NCBI GenBank assembly: GCA_964276515.1
Contig: OZ193910.1
Location: 5,084,001-5,148,000, forward strand
Source of the DNA: Gordius albopunctatus
Lineage: Eukaryota
DNA length: 64,000 nucleotides
Direction: 5' to 3'
Shown here: piece by piece, positions 23,201 through 45,640 of the stretch
Position numbering within the stretch: the stretch's first letter is position 1
Layout: each line of letters begins with the position of its first letter
Program-made: the position numbers and the translations under genes
Notes under the pieces: model-generated
Told to the model about the DNA's origin: nothing
Databases searched by the model: none
What the model saw: only the letters and a program-made list of their open reading frames with translations

Positions 23201-25441
23201 ATCGGGTTTGGCTTCAAACACGGCGTAAATGAATTCATTACGATTCCAACGGGTGCTGGAAGAGGTGAAGTAAATGTCACCACTCTCGCTAATTTGCAAG
23301 GAATTTATGAATTTGATCTTCTCCTTCGTCATCAACTCTTTTCCAATCACCGCTTCAACTTTGTTTACTATATAATTGGAAATTAAAACAAATAAATAAA
23401 AAGTATTATTCAAAAATCAGAGAATCAAGATATTTTAATTACATCCAAAATTTTTAAGTAAGCACATTATAGAAACTATGTTCTTAAGCTTAGCAGATAT
23501 AGCTTAATTTCCAGTGAAATTCTCATAGCAAACAGACGTTTTATATTAATACATTAGTTCTAGTGCACATTTAGTATTGGAATACAAAGCAGAGTTGGTA
23601 GGAATCAACTATATTTACTAGATGTAACGTTTACGGTATATATGCCCAAGTATGCATCAGCTACGTATAACATCCCATGAGAGTTGAATTCAATGCCTAA
23701 TGGTCGACCGCAGGTCACTTCATCTTGCAATGTATCTAAAGTGTGTACCAGAAATACATAATTTCAAATAAACTATATTGTCTTACACTAAATAAATTAC
23801 ACTGAATTCTATATATCCTAATAAAAAACAGCTACAAGTAGCTACATTTAATATTAATATAATATGTGTGTAAACAATTTTAAATATAAACATGTAAAAA
23901 ATTTAAAAACAAAGCTACCACATTATTTAATAAAATTAACAATAAATACACTTATTATAAATTGCAGTTCAAAAGGCTTTCTTGATATTTCTTATATATT
24001 GCAGGGTTCATCTAGTTTCTTATATAGTTAAGTTAATGCAATAATCTCCAAAAAATGATAGTCTTGTTTTAATAATCAGTTGCCTAATAACTTGAAATTA
24101 TTTTGAATCACATTAAAAAATTCAAAATTTATTTGGCCTTAAGATTTTGTGACAAAAACTGGAGAATTATAAAATAACTTGATAAAATTCTAAAACGAAT
24201 TAAAAAGAATTTAACAAGACCAATAAAAATACATGCTTTTTAAAAGGTGAGACATTCTCAATCATCAGCACCCAAAAAACTTACCACATGGGGGTTTCCC
24301 AATTCTTGCTACAAATTCAATCCTAGATTCTTTTAGTTTGAAGATGCCTTGCTTAGTGCTTGTATAAACCTCATCTGCAAATAATTTTAATTAAAGTACT
24401 TCATGGATAAATTATGATGATAATTTAATACGAGAGTAAAAATATTCTAAAAAATTAATTAAAGTAGTACAAAATAATGACAAAGTAAAAATATTTTAGA
24501 AAACTAATGCAAGTCAAATAATCTTGGCAACTACATAAAAACTTAGGAATGAAAGATTTTTCAATTTGATATAATGTAGGAAAAAATGTAATATCTGCAT
24601 GCCATAATTATTTTGTGGAATTTGAATTAATCAAAAGATAGAAAATTTTTAATTCTTAAAAAAACTTATTTTTTAATATAGGTGATCAGGACTATTCACA
24701 ACAATCCATTAGGCTCCAAGGATATAACAGGTTATTATTTTAGTATAATTAACAATTTAAATATTATCAATTGTTATTTAGTTAAATTTTTATTAATTTT
24801 TACAAACTATAATAAAAAATTGCACCTTTTTATGGAAAAATAACAAATCTAATAACAATAAATTTTTGGTAAAAACTTGTTGTTTCATAATTCCCAAAAA
24901 TAAAACACCCATATAGAATTAAAATACTAAAGTAATAAACACTAAGTATTTGATTGATTAGATTTATGAATCGCCTAAATTTAACCATTATATAATGCAA
25001 AAGATTCAGGGCCAAACAAGTCATTCTCTGCTTTTCTTTCAGCCATTAATAAAATGTTGTTTGGGGTAAGGCTTCCTGACAAGGTAGGTCTCTCAGGATA
25101 ACTTTATAAAAAATGAAATTTTTGATAGATTATATAATTAAATTATATAAATATTGAAAATTATTGTTTAAACCTAAAATCTTATTGCCAGTACCTATAT
25201 GAATACGGTTCAATTCTGTCTGGTGCATTGAAAATTACAATTAGAGAACTCAGAATTATAACCATGGCAGAAAGCATGATTTTACCATATCCTTTCCTAA
25301 AATTTATAAGGTATAATAAACAGCAAGAGAAAATACGTCTTATTTCAAAGATAATCTATAATCTTACTTTTTAATTTTCTTTATCATAATTGGATCATGA
25401 ATCTTTTTATCCCCATTTATAACACGTTTTCGAATTTCCAT
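20253..25441 (-). CDS. APMAP: Adipocyte plasma membrane-associated protein-like (strictosidine synthase-like beta-propeller), ~9 exons
   Basis: Spliced exons give N-terminal TM segment, LFGPES, CGRPLGIEF...LYVADAYLG, IYFTSSSTRW, DNLQFPNGLLLS, NLPMFPDNI, SFHDPTG, LYLGS. Exons near 25441-25368, 25297-25173, 25103-24986, 24375-24285, 23735-23618, 23369-23196, 21922-21787, 21102-20910, 20465-20253 (boundaries approximate). Confidence 0.88.
21178..21331. mobile_element. hAT-type MITE in APMAP intron
   Basis: Imperfect TIR CATGAGCGTAGCCA / TGGCTACGACATG; perfect 8-bp TSD GAAATATG (21170-21177, 21332-21339). Confidence 0.8.
22196..22495. repeat. Inverted-repeat pair (probable DNA-transposon relic) in APMAP intron
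   Basis: TCTGCGCGATGGGCAAGTAACCGAGTTTGAAAATTA versus TAATTTTCAAACTCGGATAATTGCCCATTGCGCAGA; no TSD identified. Confidence 0.55.
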
Positions 25442-25445
25442 GTTT

Positions 25446-25586
25446 AAATTAAAATTGGTGCCGGAAAACTTCTGGCACCGGTGCACTTGATAACAAATTA
25501 ATTGTAAAAAAAAAAAAAAAAAAAAAAATTAAAATTGGTGCCGGAAAACTTCTGGCACCGGTGCACTTGATAACAAATTAATTGTA
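25446..25586 (+). repeat. Perfect ~61-bp direct duplication separated by a ~22-nt poly(A) run
   Basis: AAATTAAAATTGGTGCCGGAAAACTTCTGGCACCGGTGCACTTGATAACAAATTAATTGTA occurs at 25446-25506 and 25526-25586. Confidence 0.9.
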
Positions 25587-25591
25587 GCTAC

Positions 25592-26745
25592 TAGAGCCCT
25601 GAACGGGCCGGGCCGCGCAAAGCCCGACCCAATCGGGTTTCGGGTTGGATAGAATTTTATAAAATAATTGGGCTCGGGTCGGGCCTCCCGTGTCCGGCTC
25701 GAAATAAACTAAAGCAAACGAATCTTTTATAAAATATGATTTTAAACTCAACTCTTTATTAAATAATTCTCTTTGCACATCGTACATAATATAGCTTCCA
25801 AACTTCAGCTTTTTCCCCTGTCTATTATAATATAACTGACCTGAATTTCAAATCTTATTCTAGTATTTAAACTAAATACATTCATAGTAGCTGTTATAAC
25901 TTTAGAAATAAGATAAGTAAATATTTTCAAAAGTTTTTATATGGAAATGTTAAATAAAATTAATTTTCTAAAGTTATATTTCTAGTCATAAATTATCAGC
26001 TAAATAAATTGTAACGCGAGAAAATGGATTATTTGAATTCAAACTTATCCTAGTTGTAAATTATGAGAAGAATCTAATGCATTTTATGATTGGTAGATGG
26101 TGAAATAATTTTCACAAATAAAAATTTTCCAAAGGTTTTTGAACTTCCATTTTTCTTTTTTAAATATTGATGCTCAAATTGCTTTACCGTCTATAATATA
26201 AAGTAGAATAAAATAAAATGATCATGATTATTTTTTAAGCGAATGATTAAAATGTATAAAAAACATGATTTAAAAAATTAAGGTGTTTAAAAAAATGATC
26301 AATTTTCTCCTTTCATTTCCGCACAAATGCCAAAACCATTATTAGCCTTAAAATCAAAATTGCTTGATGATAAAGACAGACTCATTTTAATTTAGCAAAA
26401 GTTTAAGAATATCTGCATTTTTATGATGCCTACTGAAAATAAATGGCTTGTTAAGTGTGATACTTTGGGTAAAGTATACTAAAAACTTTTCTGAATTAGG
26501 ATCTACTTTTTTCCTAAGGCTTTTACTTCTGGCAAACATGTTTTAAAATGTTGTTATTTGTTGTTGTTTTTTTAGATAACATTTTATCGCCATTTAAAAC
26601 CATCAAAATCAATTTTACACCAATCACTTTTTTTTACTTTCGAGTAGGGTTTGGCTTAAAACGCTTTCGGGTCGCGTTGAAAAATTTTGAAACGCTTTCG
26701 GGTTGGGTCGGGTTCGGTTTAAAAAAGTGACTTTGCAGGGCTATG
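25592..26745. mobile_element. Old non-autonomous hAT element
   Basis: Ends TAGAGCCCTGAA / TGCAGGGCTATG with CGGG/CCCG subterminal repeats at both ends; TSD not conserved. Confidence 0.55.
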
Positions 26746-26861
26746 CTTAAAACTAGCCTTTTCTATACTAGGTAGAGCAGTATTTAGGCTTATTGAAATA
26801 TTATTTCCACCACTTACTTCGGCTTGAATAATGTTTGACCCCTCTCGTGTTTCACTTTAAG

Positions 26862-29800
26862 CAGTGGCGTAGCTAGCCTTTTTGCCTTGGGGGGGGGGGG
26901 CTGAGCTGATAAAATAGGGGTGGGGGACAAAAAGATTCCTACGCCCACTTTTAAGAATAAAAAACCTAAATACGACCATGGGTCGAATGCAATTAAAAAA
27001 ATTTTCCTCCGTGATCGTTGGACAAACTTAAAATTCCGCTACTAATTTGTCTATTTATTTCATTAACATCACACTAATATGTCCCCTCATGTTTATAGAG
27101 CATAAAATAAATCAAATTTATTCATAAATAAAACAAATTGATGTAGTTGAAACAATATAGAAAATTTCACATGGTATAATAAGTTTTGTATAAATGAATT
27201 GTAAGGGTAAAAGTGGAACGGGGATATTGACAAGAAATCGTTGACATTTTAAAAAATAATGCAAATAATTAAAAAAACTATATAACAAAGTTTTTATAAA
27301 AATTATTGCGACAACCCCAAAAATCATGGCCATATATATAACAAATTTTAATTTTATATATGCAATATTGGCAGCATTTATATAAGGAGAACATTTAAAA
27401 ACCTTTTTTAAGGTGATGCTCAAAAGGCCTTATTATAACTTTAAAAAAATTAATTATGAAATTAAAATTCGTTCAAGAATAAGTATTTAGAAGTTATTGC
27501 CCCTTATATTATAGATATATTTGTACATCGCCTAAAAATTAAAATCAACTAATGAATTTAACGGCTAAATCTACCTTAAAAATATTCTGTCACAATTAAA
27601 TGAATCAAAATTTTATTTGATAATTTTAGATGAAATTAGAGATGTGAGATGCACAGAACAACTTAGCGTCCAAAGACAAACATAATGATTTTTTTTAGGA
27701 TTTTTATCCCTTGAAAGTTTTGATGCGTTAATATTAACTAGGGCCTTCGGCCCTCGTGGGAAGGGGGAAGGGGAGGGAACTCATCTACACTCCGTATAAA
27801 TGTATCATATTTGCTATGCAATTTATGGGCGAGAAAGGATTTGAACAATTTTAAAATAAAAAAATCAAAAATTTGGCCAATGGTCATTTCTTCTGCATTG
27901 GTCAGTACCAACAGATACTCTATAAGTCAATGATAGCCAAAAAAACGGAAAAAAAATTTTGATGCTCACTTTGGCCAATGGTCATTTTTTCCCATTGGTC
28001 AGCAGCCAGCACACGGTAAAAGTGGATATAAATTCATAAGAGTAAAAAAAAACGAAAAAAAAATTTTCGAATCACATTTTGGCCAAAGGTCATTTTTTTC
28101 CATTGGTCAGCAGCCAGGACACAGTAAAAGTGGATATAAATTCATAATAGTCAAAAAACGAAAAAAAAGTTTTCGAATCACATTTTGGCCAATGGTTATT
28201 TTATTCCATTGGTCAGCAGCCAGCGGACGGCCAAAAAGTCATAATAGCAATGGTAGGAACAGGAACAATCATAATAGTCAAAAAAACGGAAAAAATAATT
28301 TCGATTCACATTTTGGCCAATGGTCATTTTTTTCCATTGGTCAGCAGCCAGGACACGGTAAAAGTGGATATAAATTCATAACAGTAAAAAAAAACGAAAA
28401 AAAAATTTTCGAATCACATTTTGGCAAATGGTCATTTTATTCCATTGGTCAGCAGCCAGCGGACGGCCAAAAAGTCATAATAGCAATGGTAGGAACAGGA
28501 ACAATCATAATATTCAAAAAAAACGAAAAAAATATTTTCGATTCACATTTTGGCCAATGGTCATTTTTTCCATCGGTCAGGAGCCAGCGGACGGCCAAAA
28601 AGTCATAATAGCAATGGTAGGAACAGGAACAATCATAATAGTCAAAAAAAACGAAAAAATAAACTCGGATACACATTTTGGTCAATGGTCATTTTTTTCA
28701 TTGGTCAGCAGCCAGCGGACGGCCAAAAAGTCTTATTATCAATGATAGTAACAAGAACAATCATAAGAGTCAAAAAAAACTCCGGGATTATAACCCAAAA
28801 ACTAGATAAATTGCATAGCAATTATTAAAAAGTATAGGGTAATTATCAATGTTAACCTATTCAAAAACGAACAAAAAATTTCGATTTATTTGGCAGATGG
28901 TATTTTTTTCAATGGTCAGTAGCCTGCGGACGGTCAAAAAGTCATATTATCAATGGTGTTAAAACAATATATTAATTTAATTTAAAAAAAGCTGGCGCCA
29001 ATAACTTGGTGGATGGACGACGGACGGACGACGGACAACCAAAAACGAGCCCATAAATTGCATAGCAATTAATATATAAATATACCAATTCAAAAACGAA
29101 AAAAAAATTCGAACAAAATTTGGCCAATGGTCATTTTTTTCAATGGTCAGTAGCCAGAACACGGTCAAAAAGCCATATTATCAATGGTATTAACAAGAAC
29201 AATATATTAATTAAATTAAAAAAAAAAAAATTTTTGTCCTCTCCGGGTCTCGAACCATCAATTTAGAACGTTCGCCGGGATTCAAACCCACATTAAATAG
29301 AGGCATAAGCCTTTGGAGGGGAACAGGGAACCATATAAATAGAGCCATAGGCCCTTGTAGGGGAGGGCATAGGGTAATTATCAATGTTAAACTATTCAAA
29401 AACGAAAAATTAAAAATTTCGATTTATCTGGCCAGTGGTCATTTTTTCATTGGTCAGTAGCCTGCGGACGGTCAAAAAGTCATATTATCAATGGTATTAA
29501 CAAGAACAAAATATTAATTTAATTTAAAAAAAAAAAAAATTTGTCCTCTCCGGGTCTCGAACCCGCAACCTCCAGGTCGGGAAGCTGGTGTAAATAACTT
29601 GGTGGACGACGGACGGACGGACGACGGACAACCAAAAACGAGCCCATAAATTGCATAGCAATTAATATTTATATAAACCTAATAATAAAAATTTTAAATA
29701 CCTATTTGATTTAACCTATTGCTTGGAGCCAAGGGCTTTAAAAACATTAAGCTTTAGTTGCTTCTTGCTATTTATATTAATTAATAAAACTAAAGTGGAA

Positions 29801-30074
29801 ATTAATTATAAAAAACTCGGGTTTTAAATTAATATTAATTTTGAAATTATGTGAACTCAACAATTTGATACAATTTTCACCCTTTATTGTTTTAACCAGC
29901 ATCTTTATTTTTATTTGTAATATTATAATTAAAACTTTTATCCAGAAACAATAATAATAATCTTTATGTTGTTTCTTAATTAAGATAAAAAAATAATGGC
30001 GGAAGGGGCCCGGGGGTCCAAGATTTTTCCCTTGGGGGGCCCCATGGGGCCCGAGGCCCCTAGCTACGCCACTG
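26862..30074 (+). mobile_element. Degraded hAT-Tip100/ZMYM1-type transposon interrupted by a Helentron-like element
   Basis: 15-bp TIR CAGTGGCGTAGCTAG / CTAGCTACGCCACTG; flanks ACTTTAAG vs ATTTTAGG (6/8); transposase relic ILSQLNESKFYLIILDEIRDVRCTEQLSV at ~27585-27670. Confidence 0.6.
27736..29668 (-). mobile_element. DINE-1/HINE-like (Helentron-associated) non-autonomous element with central ~118-bp tandem array
   Basis: Perfect 20-bp subterminal IR (27811-27830 vs 29642-29661); (GTCC)n microsatellite next to the minus-strand 5' end; terminal hairpin AGGGCC-GAA-GGCCCT then AGTT; tandem units with GGCCAATGGTCATTTTTTCCATTGGTCAGCAGCC across ~27870-29480. Confidence 0.8.
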
Positions 30075-30780
30075 ATTTTAGGCCTCCGACAACGCGATTT
30101 TTCTTCGCCATTCTCTTGGCCAATTTGTACACAAGCCTCCTTTATCAACCATCATTTGAGACTAAACACCTTGTTTTTCTTAGTCTTAGTCGAAATTTGA
30201 AAAACAGATCAGAGTTGACCGTTGGTCTTTGTTGAAATAAACGTTGACCAAGCAAAACGCAGCCGATTCTACAACACTAATATGCAGCATTCTCCGCTAT
30301 GGCAGCAGCCTTCTTAGCCGCTCACTTTGGCCTCCGAGTTTTTTGGTTTATGCCGCGGTCTATAGAATTTTCTTTTGTAGATAAAATCCGTAACGGAATG
30401 ACCCCACTAACATATTTCCTATATAAAGCTTTGCCTCCTTTGGCCGATCCTAAAACCTGAATAGCCGTTACATGTAGGCAGTTAGCGTCGTCTACGTTCC
30501 GTTACCACCTTCTATCACCAAAGAGGATGGAGACTTTCTGATGGTAATTGTTGTAACATTAATGTCAATTCGCTCTCCTGAAACAAATTGGAAAAGCGAT
30601 ATCCAGCGTCTCCTTAGATTTGAAAGAGTGCTTTTTTTTATCAGGCACACGATCACAATGGAAATCGTTAAATCCAACACGATATCCATACACGGATCAA
30701 TGCCATCCGCTTAGTTATAGCGCGTTTTTATATTTTTTTAGTCGTGTATGTAATTTTTTGTATACCATTTAATAAATTTT
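30075..30780 (+). mobile_element. Possible decayed 3' part of a non-LTR retroelement
   Basis: 3' ~125 bp (30653-30778, ending AATAAA) recurs at 42602-42729; weak RT-thumb-like TLICSILRYGSS at ~30275-30310. Confidence 0.35.
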
Positions 30781-31141
30781 CAAAATATTAATATATTGTA
30801 AAGTTTTACCAAAGCAAATAATGTTTTAAACAATAAAACTCAACAGAATAAGAAACTCTGTGTATGCACAATGAATAACTTATTTAAAGTTGTTTTTTGT
30901 AAACGAAATTTATATCGCCATTTTTACATTGCCTTTACTCATTTCACATACCCTTCTTTTTCCTAGGAGCCGTGATTAACTGTGCCACCCTCTCTATTTT
31001 AATTCTTAGTCCCTAAATCCCAAGCCCCCCTCCCCACTGACGTTTGAAATTTAGACATGATAAGCAATAAAATTCTATCAAATTTTGTTATGGACAATTT
31101 TTTTGGAATTTTAAAAACTATAATTAAGAGAATATATCAGG

Positions 31142-40540
<9,399 letters not shown>

Positions 40541-42601
40541 TATGCTTCAAAATATCTAAATTTTCAGTAACTTTCGCTAACGGTTTGCCTACCATTTTGG
40601 AATATGCAAAATATAAGATAAGAGCTAATTAGGAAAGTTAAAGGTGATTGTTCACACAAAAAGACCCTCGCTACATAAATTATTAATAAATCTTAAAAAC
40701 CACAAATATAGCATAGGTTTGCGATAAATTTAATGCATTAAATTTATTTATAGGTATGTATAAGGTTTTATTTAGACAAATCCGTTCTATATTTAAAAAT
40801 AAAGTGACAAACAGTAAATATAACAAGTATAATTTATGGCTAAGTTGTTAGGTATTATTATATTCTTTTTTTTATTAAAAAATAAAAATTCATAATTAAA
40901 AATTCCCATACTTTTATTTTTTTCCAAGGGGAAGAGAAAGGGGCCAAGGGCCAGTACCGTAGGGAAGGCCCCCCCCTCTCATGGACAAAAAAAATTGAAT
41001 TTTTCTCAAATTATACGGAAAAATTCAATGATATTAATAGGAGTCTTGTTTGCGCATATAGAAATAATAGTTCTCTTTTTGAAATTTAATTTTAGATGAA
41101 ATATACGAATTCTAACACTATTTTTACAAAAAAATTTTGTCCCGAGAGCGTGTTTTCTATTAAGAAGAAGTTTAATTTTTAATTATTTCTCTAAAAAACT
41201 ATCTAAAACTAAAATAAACCAGGAAGATGCTGATACAAACCAAATTTTACTTATAAAGGTAATTAATTATTTTATATTTCAAAGTATTTAATATGCTTAT
41301 TTAAACTTACATTAGTTTCTTGTTTGTAGAAATTGCGGATATACAACTAGAGAAAGTATGATAATAAAATATAAAAAAAAATAATTAATGTAAAGGATAA
41401 TTTTACAAAGCGTTTTGCACATTTCTTTCATGCATCCTTCATTTTTAAGCATAACTTAAAATTTAATTTCTTTGGAAATTCTGCGTGCAAATTCATAAAT
41501 TAATATTCCTTATGGTTTAGTAAATTCATTTTTGAAAGTTTACTTTTTAATGATCATGATATAGCTAACTGTATTATAGCAAATACAGCTGTCACCTCCA
41601 AAGCCTGGCATGGCTTGGACGAGTGTTATGGTAATAAAACGGGCTCGGGACAGTCCTAGCTATTATTAGGAGCAAAACAAAAATGCTGTTTTTTATGATG
41701 TTTATCAAATTTTATTATTTTTAACTTTACAATATAAACAAATCCTTATTAATTTTTATTTGTTATTTATTCATAGAACTTGTGATTTTTAAAGAAGTGG
41801 ATTCAAAATTTTTTTATTTTTTAAAAAGGGGATTGTGAAACATTAATAGGGATATTTAGTACAAAATTTACCTTGTATATGGTTTCAATTTCATAAATAA
41901 TTGTATGCAGCTTCAAGTTCTACTAATAAAAATAACTTGCTGGAAGAAACAAAAACCTGTTTGAGACTGAACATGATTAATATTGAACATTTTAAATGAT
42001 TGTTTTAGTATTGACAAAATATGTTTTTTCGGGAAAGTGTAGGCTGGGCCTCTGCATTACAAAAAATCAGCGGGACAAACTCGCGCTTATAATATTTTTT
42101 TAATGGTCCCGGGACGGGACAATTTTTGGTACTGGTGGAAAAATTTAGCCTAAAAGGCCCATGCAAGTGTTTAGTTCAAAAATGGGCCTAATTAGCGCAA
42201 ACAGAAAAATTGGGAGGAAGGCTTTGCAATTTGCGTTTCTGAAGATATTATTAATGCATTTTTCATTAAAAATTATATAATTTTAATTAGTTTTTGTTTA
42301 CTCGAAATTCTTTGATACAAAATTTACCCTGCCCCCCCCTACTTAGATTATTCTGCCTCCGCCACTACTGTATGTAAGCTTAAAATTTTTTTATTCAATA
42401 GTATTATTTATCAAAAATTTTGGAACCCCCCCCCCCCCCCCAAGAGGCAATTCTTCTACACCTATGCCTTGTCCCCCCCCCCTCCCCAAAGCGAATTAGA
42501 AGTCTTTTCAAACCTCTACCCTTCAAGAGAAAAATTTTGCCATCGTTGTCTTATCAGAAATTTTATTTCATATTTACAATAATAATTTTATATCAAGCAA
42601 A

Positions 42602-42729
42602 AGATCACAATAGAAATCGTTAAATCCAACACGATTTCCATACACAGATCAATGCCATCTGTTTAGTTATAGCGCGTCTTTATATTTTTTAGTCGTGTAT
42701 GTATTGTTTTTGTATGCCATTTAATAAAT
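42602..42729 (+). repeat. Short copy of the repeat 3' end at 30653-30778
   Basis: GATCACAAT.GAAATCGTTAAATCCAACACGAT...GTATGCCATTTAATAAA, closely similar to the 30.7-kb copy, followed by AT-rich tail. Confidence 0.8.
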
Positions 42730-43808
42730 ATATATACATTAATAAATTATTATCTAAGTAGCTGACTTATTTTTAAATATGTTTTATAATATAGCTTCGC
42801 TTTTCATTCACACACAATGGGATTCATTATAAAAAGCAATCAAAGATCAACATGTTAAAAATATAGATCCAAATAATGGCTTGAATTAAATAGGTATGGT
42901 ATTATAATAAGAAACAGGGTAGTCTTAATCGTAAGCGTCTGTTAGAAAGGCCCCTCGTAAATCTCAAAAAAATCTGTGCCTTTACATAGAACTTTATTTA
43001 ATGACAATTACTATTCAAGTATTAGTTCACTTATTTAATGTATTTTGCTTTGCAACCTCGCTTTCCAACCTTTTTGATAAAGCAACCCCATTAACCTTGG
43101 ATGCACATTACTATCAAAATAAGCTGCATTTAGTGCAAATAATAATTTCAATATTACATATAATAATACATTGTTATTATTAAGGCTCTGCTGTTCCTGA
43201 TAATAGACAACTCTTTCTGTCCCATCATCTTTTATAACTTCATTGCCCGCTTTCCTCCGGCCCGAACCCTTCTGAGTGTTCTCCGATTATAGAATCCTTA
43301 AAGCAGCCCCTGCCCGATCTGAAATAATTATTCTTTAAATTATAGGCAGTATTTTGTCTATAAAAAATTAATGTCAAGAAGAATTAGATGATAAACTTAA
43401 ATCGTACCTTGATTCCACAATTTCTGCTCTATCAAAATTTTAAAACGGTCTATAGATATGGCTCAAGTTAATTCTTTTTTTAATATTTTTGATTTTTACA
43501 TCATTTTTCTTAACGAATCTCAAGATGTTGAGTTCATTTGAAAATTGTAGAATGAATTCTAATAATAAATATTATATCAACTATTAGAAGTAAATATAAT
43601 CCCTTAACGAGATTAGAAAAACTATCATCAACAAATAATAAGCAAAAGACTTTGCGTTACAAAAATACTTCCATACTTAAAAAATCTTAAAATTAACATT
43701 TTTTAAACTAATAATTCTAATATTTTAGAGTTAAAAAACTTATTTGCATTTATTATTAATAGAAAATTTGTCAAAAAAACTTAAGTTTTCTGAAATCATT
43801 TTCAATTA

Positions 43809-45640
43809 CAGCGTTTACCTAAACTTTTGCACTTCGTATGGATCTCCTGCACACTAGTAGGGGAGAAAAGGGGTAATCCATCATAGCGTTTAACATGTAT
43901 CGCTCATTCCTTCTCTCCCCTTCGCATGTAACACACTCCTTCCCCAACCTTAAATGTTATTTAGCAACTCATACACCATATTTTGCACTTTTTTTTATAA
44001 AATGGTCGTTTTTTGTATAAATTAGTGATTTTTTTTCAAATTTTTGTAGTATAGTTTTAATTAATTAAACTTAAATTTTTTAATGATTAATTTTTTTAAT
44101 TTAAAGTTTATTCAACCTTAAAAATGAAATTTTGTCATGTATACGTTTATTGTCGAAAAAATAATGTAAAATACATTAAAGTATGTATATATAAAACAAA
44201 AGAAATTCATGTAAAATTTTATGATCAATATTTTCATTATTCAAACACGGGTCAATATATGTTTTTACATGGGAAAAATAGTTTCGACAATCTTCTGAAG
44301 TAATCTAACGATTAATGTACTATTGTATATGTAAAATGTAAATTACCTCGGATTTAGAATTTTCTACGAGTGTTAATAAATCCCTCTCATTTTGACGTTC
44401 GTCTTTTCTCACGATGAACTTCAATTTGCTAAAGACCTCCTCTATAGGATTTAGAAAAGGGGAATATGGTGGTAAATATAAAGCTTTATGACCAAAAGCT
44501 GCTAAGGTATTTTTTACTAACAGGGAATGGTGGAATGGAACATTGTCCATTACGATCATGCAGTTTTGAATATTTTTATTCGATAGGTATTCAAATAATT
44601 CAATTCAAAAGTTGTTTAATTTAACGCTATTGTAGGCACCGTTCAAAATTTTGTAATAAATCCATTCTTCCTTTGTTATTGCACAGCACATGCTTAAATT
44701 TCGGCTTTTAAGGGCTTTAAACTTCTTTATTGCCCTTTCGTTAGTAGCCGCCCTTCCATAAATAGCCCTCATCAATACATTGGACCCCGTTTCATACATG
44801 AATATGATGTTCTATGCGCGTTCAAATGAATAATGGAAACCTTTGATTTCACGGGCGATTGTAGTAGGACAAACATCGAGATTGTATTTATCCTTAACTT
44901 TTTTTCTTAAATCTTTTAGGGACAGCGAACAATTTTCGTCAATTTCATCAAGGATGAAATTGACATGTGGTACATCTAATTTTTTTTGTCGGCCAGCAAA
45001 CTTTTTGGCGGAATCTCTCCCTTCTTCGCAAAAAATTTCAGCAGCTCTCATTGCTTGAAACCGCGATATATATTTTTGCGATTTCAACATAGGATTTTCC
45101 ATCTTGGCTAAGCTTTATTGTCAATTTTCGAGTTTTCTGATCCATAATTTTATAAAATACCAAAATAATGAACAAATTTAGAAGGAAAAAAATTATTAAA
45201 GGCGCAGGTTCAGTTGCAAGAGTTCCCAAAACACTTTCACAGTAAAAAGGGGGTGAGGTACATGCCACATACCAAATAAGGACACGGAAACAGTTAGTGA
45301 AATTAGATTTTCATCCAGGAAATATTTTTAAGGTTGAATAAACTTTAAATTAAAAAAAATTAATTATTAAAAAATTTAAGTTTAATTAATTTAAACTATA
45401 CTACAAAAATTTGAAAAAAAAATCACTAATTTATACAAAAAATGACCATTTTATAAAAAAGTGCAAAATATGGTGTATGAGTTGCTAAATAGCATGTAAG
45501 GTTGGGGAAGGAGTATGTTACATGCAAAGGGGAGAGAAGGAATGAACGATAAATGTTAAACGCTATGATGGATTACCCCTTTTCTCCCCTACTAGTGTGC
45601 AGGAGATCCATACGAAGTGCAAAAGTTTAGGTAAACGCTG
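43809..45640 (-). mobile_element. Tc1/IS630-superfamily DD34E transposon with ~315-bp TIRs, transposase pseudogenised
   Basis: TIRs 43809-~44123 and ~45326-45640 starting CAGCGTTTACCTAAAC; TA on both sides; fragments MDQKTRK (ATG 45145), IFMYETG (first D lost), IVMDNVPFH...LPPYSPFLNPIE (34 residues between D and E); frameshifts. Confidence 0.92.

Noticed and set aside
28192..28828. Overlapping ORFs with repeated peptides
   Set aside because: Translation by-products of the ~118-bp tandem unit in several frames.
27870..29480. Regularly spaced repeats resembling a CRISPR array
   Set aside because: The intervening sequences are themselves repeated, context is eukaryotic, no cas genes; explained as a transposon-internal tandem array.
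41200..41990. Short splice-bounded plus-strand blocks upstream of IARS2
   Set aside because: No start codon or recognisable product; interleaved with transposon-end fragments.
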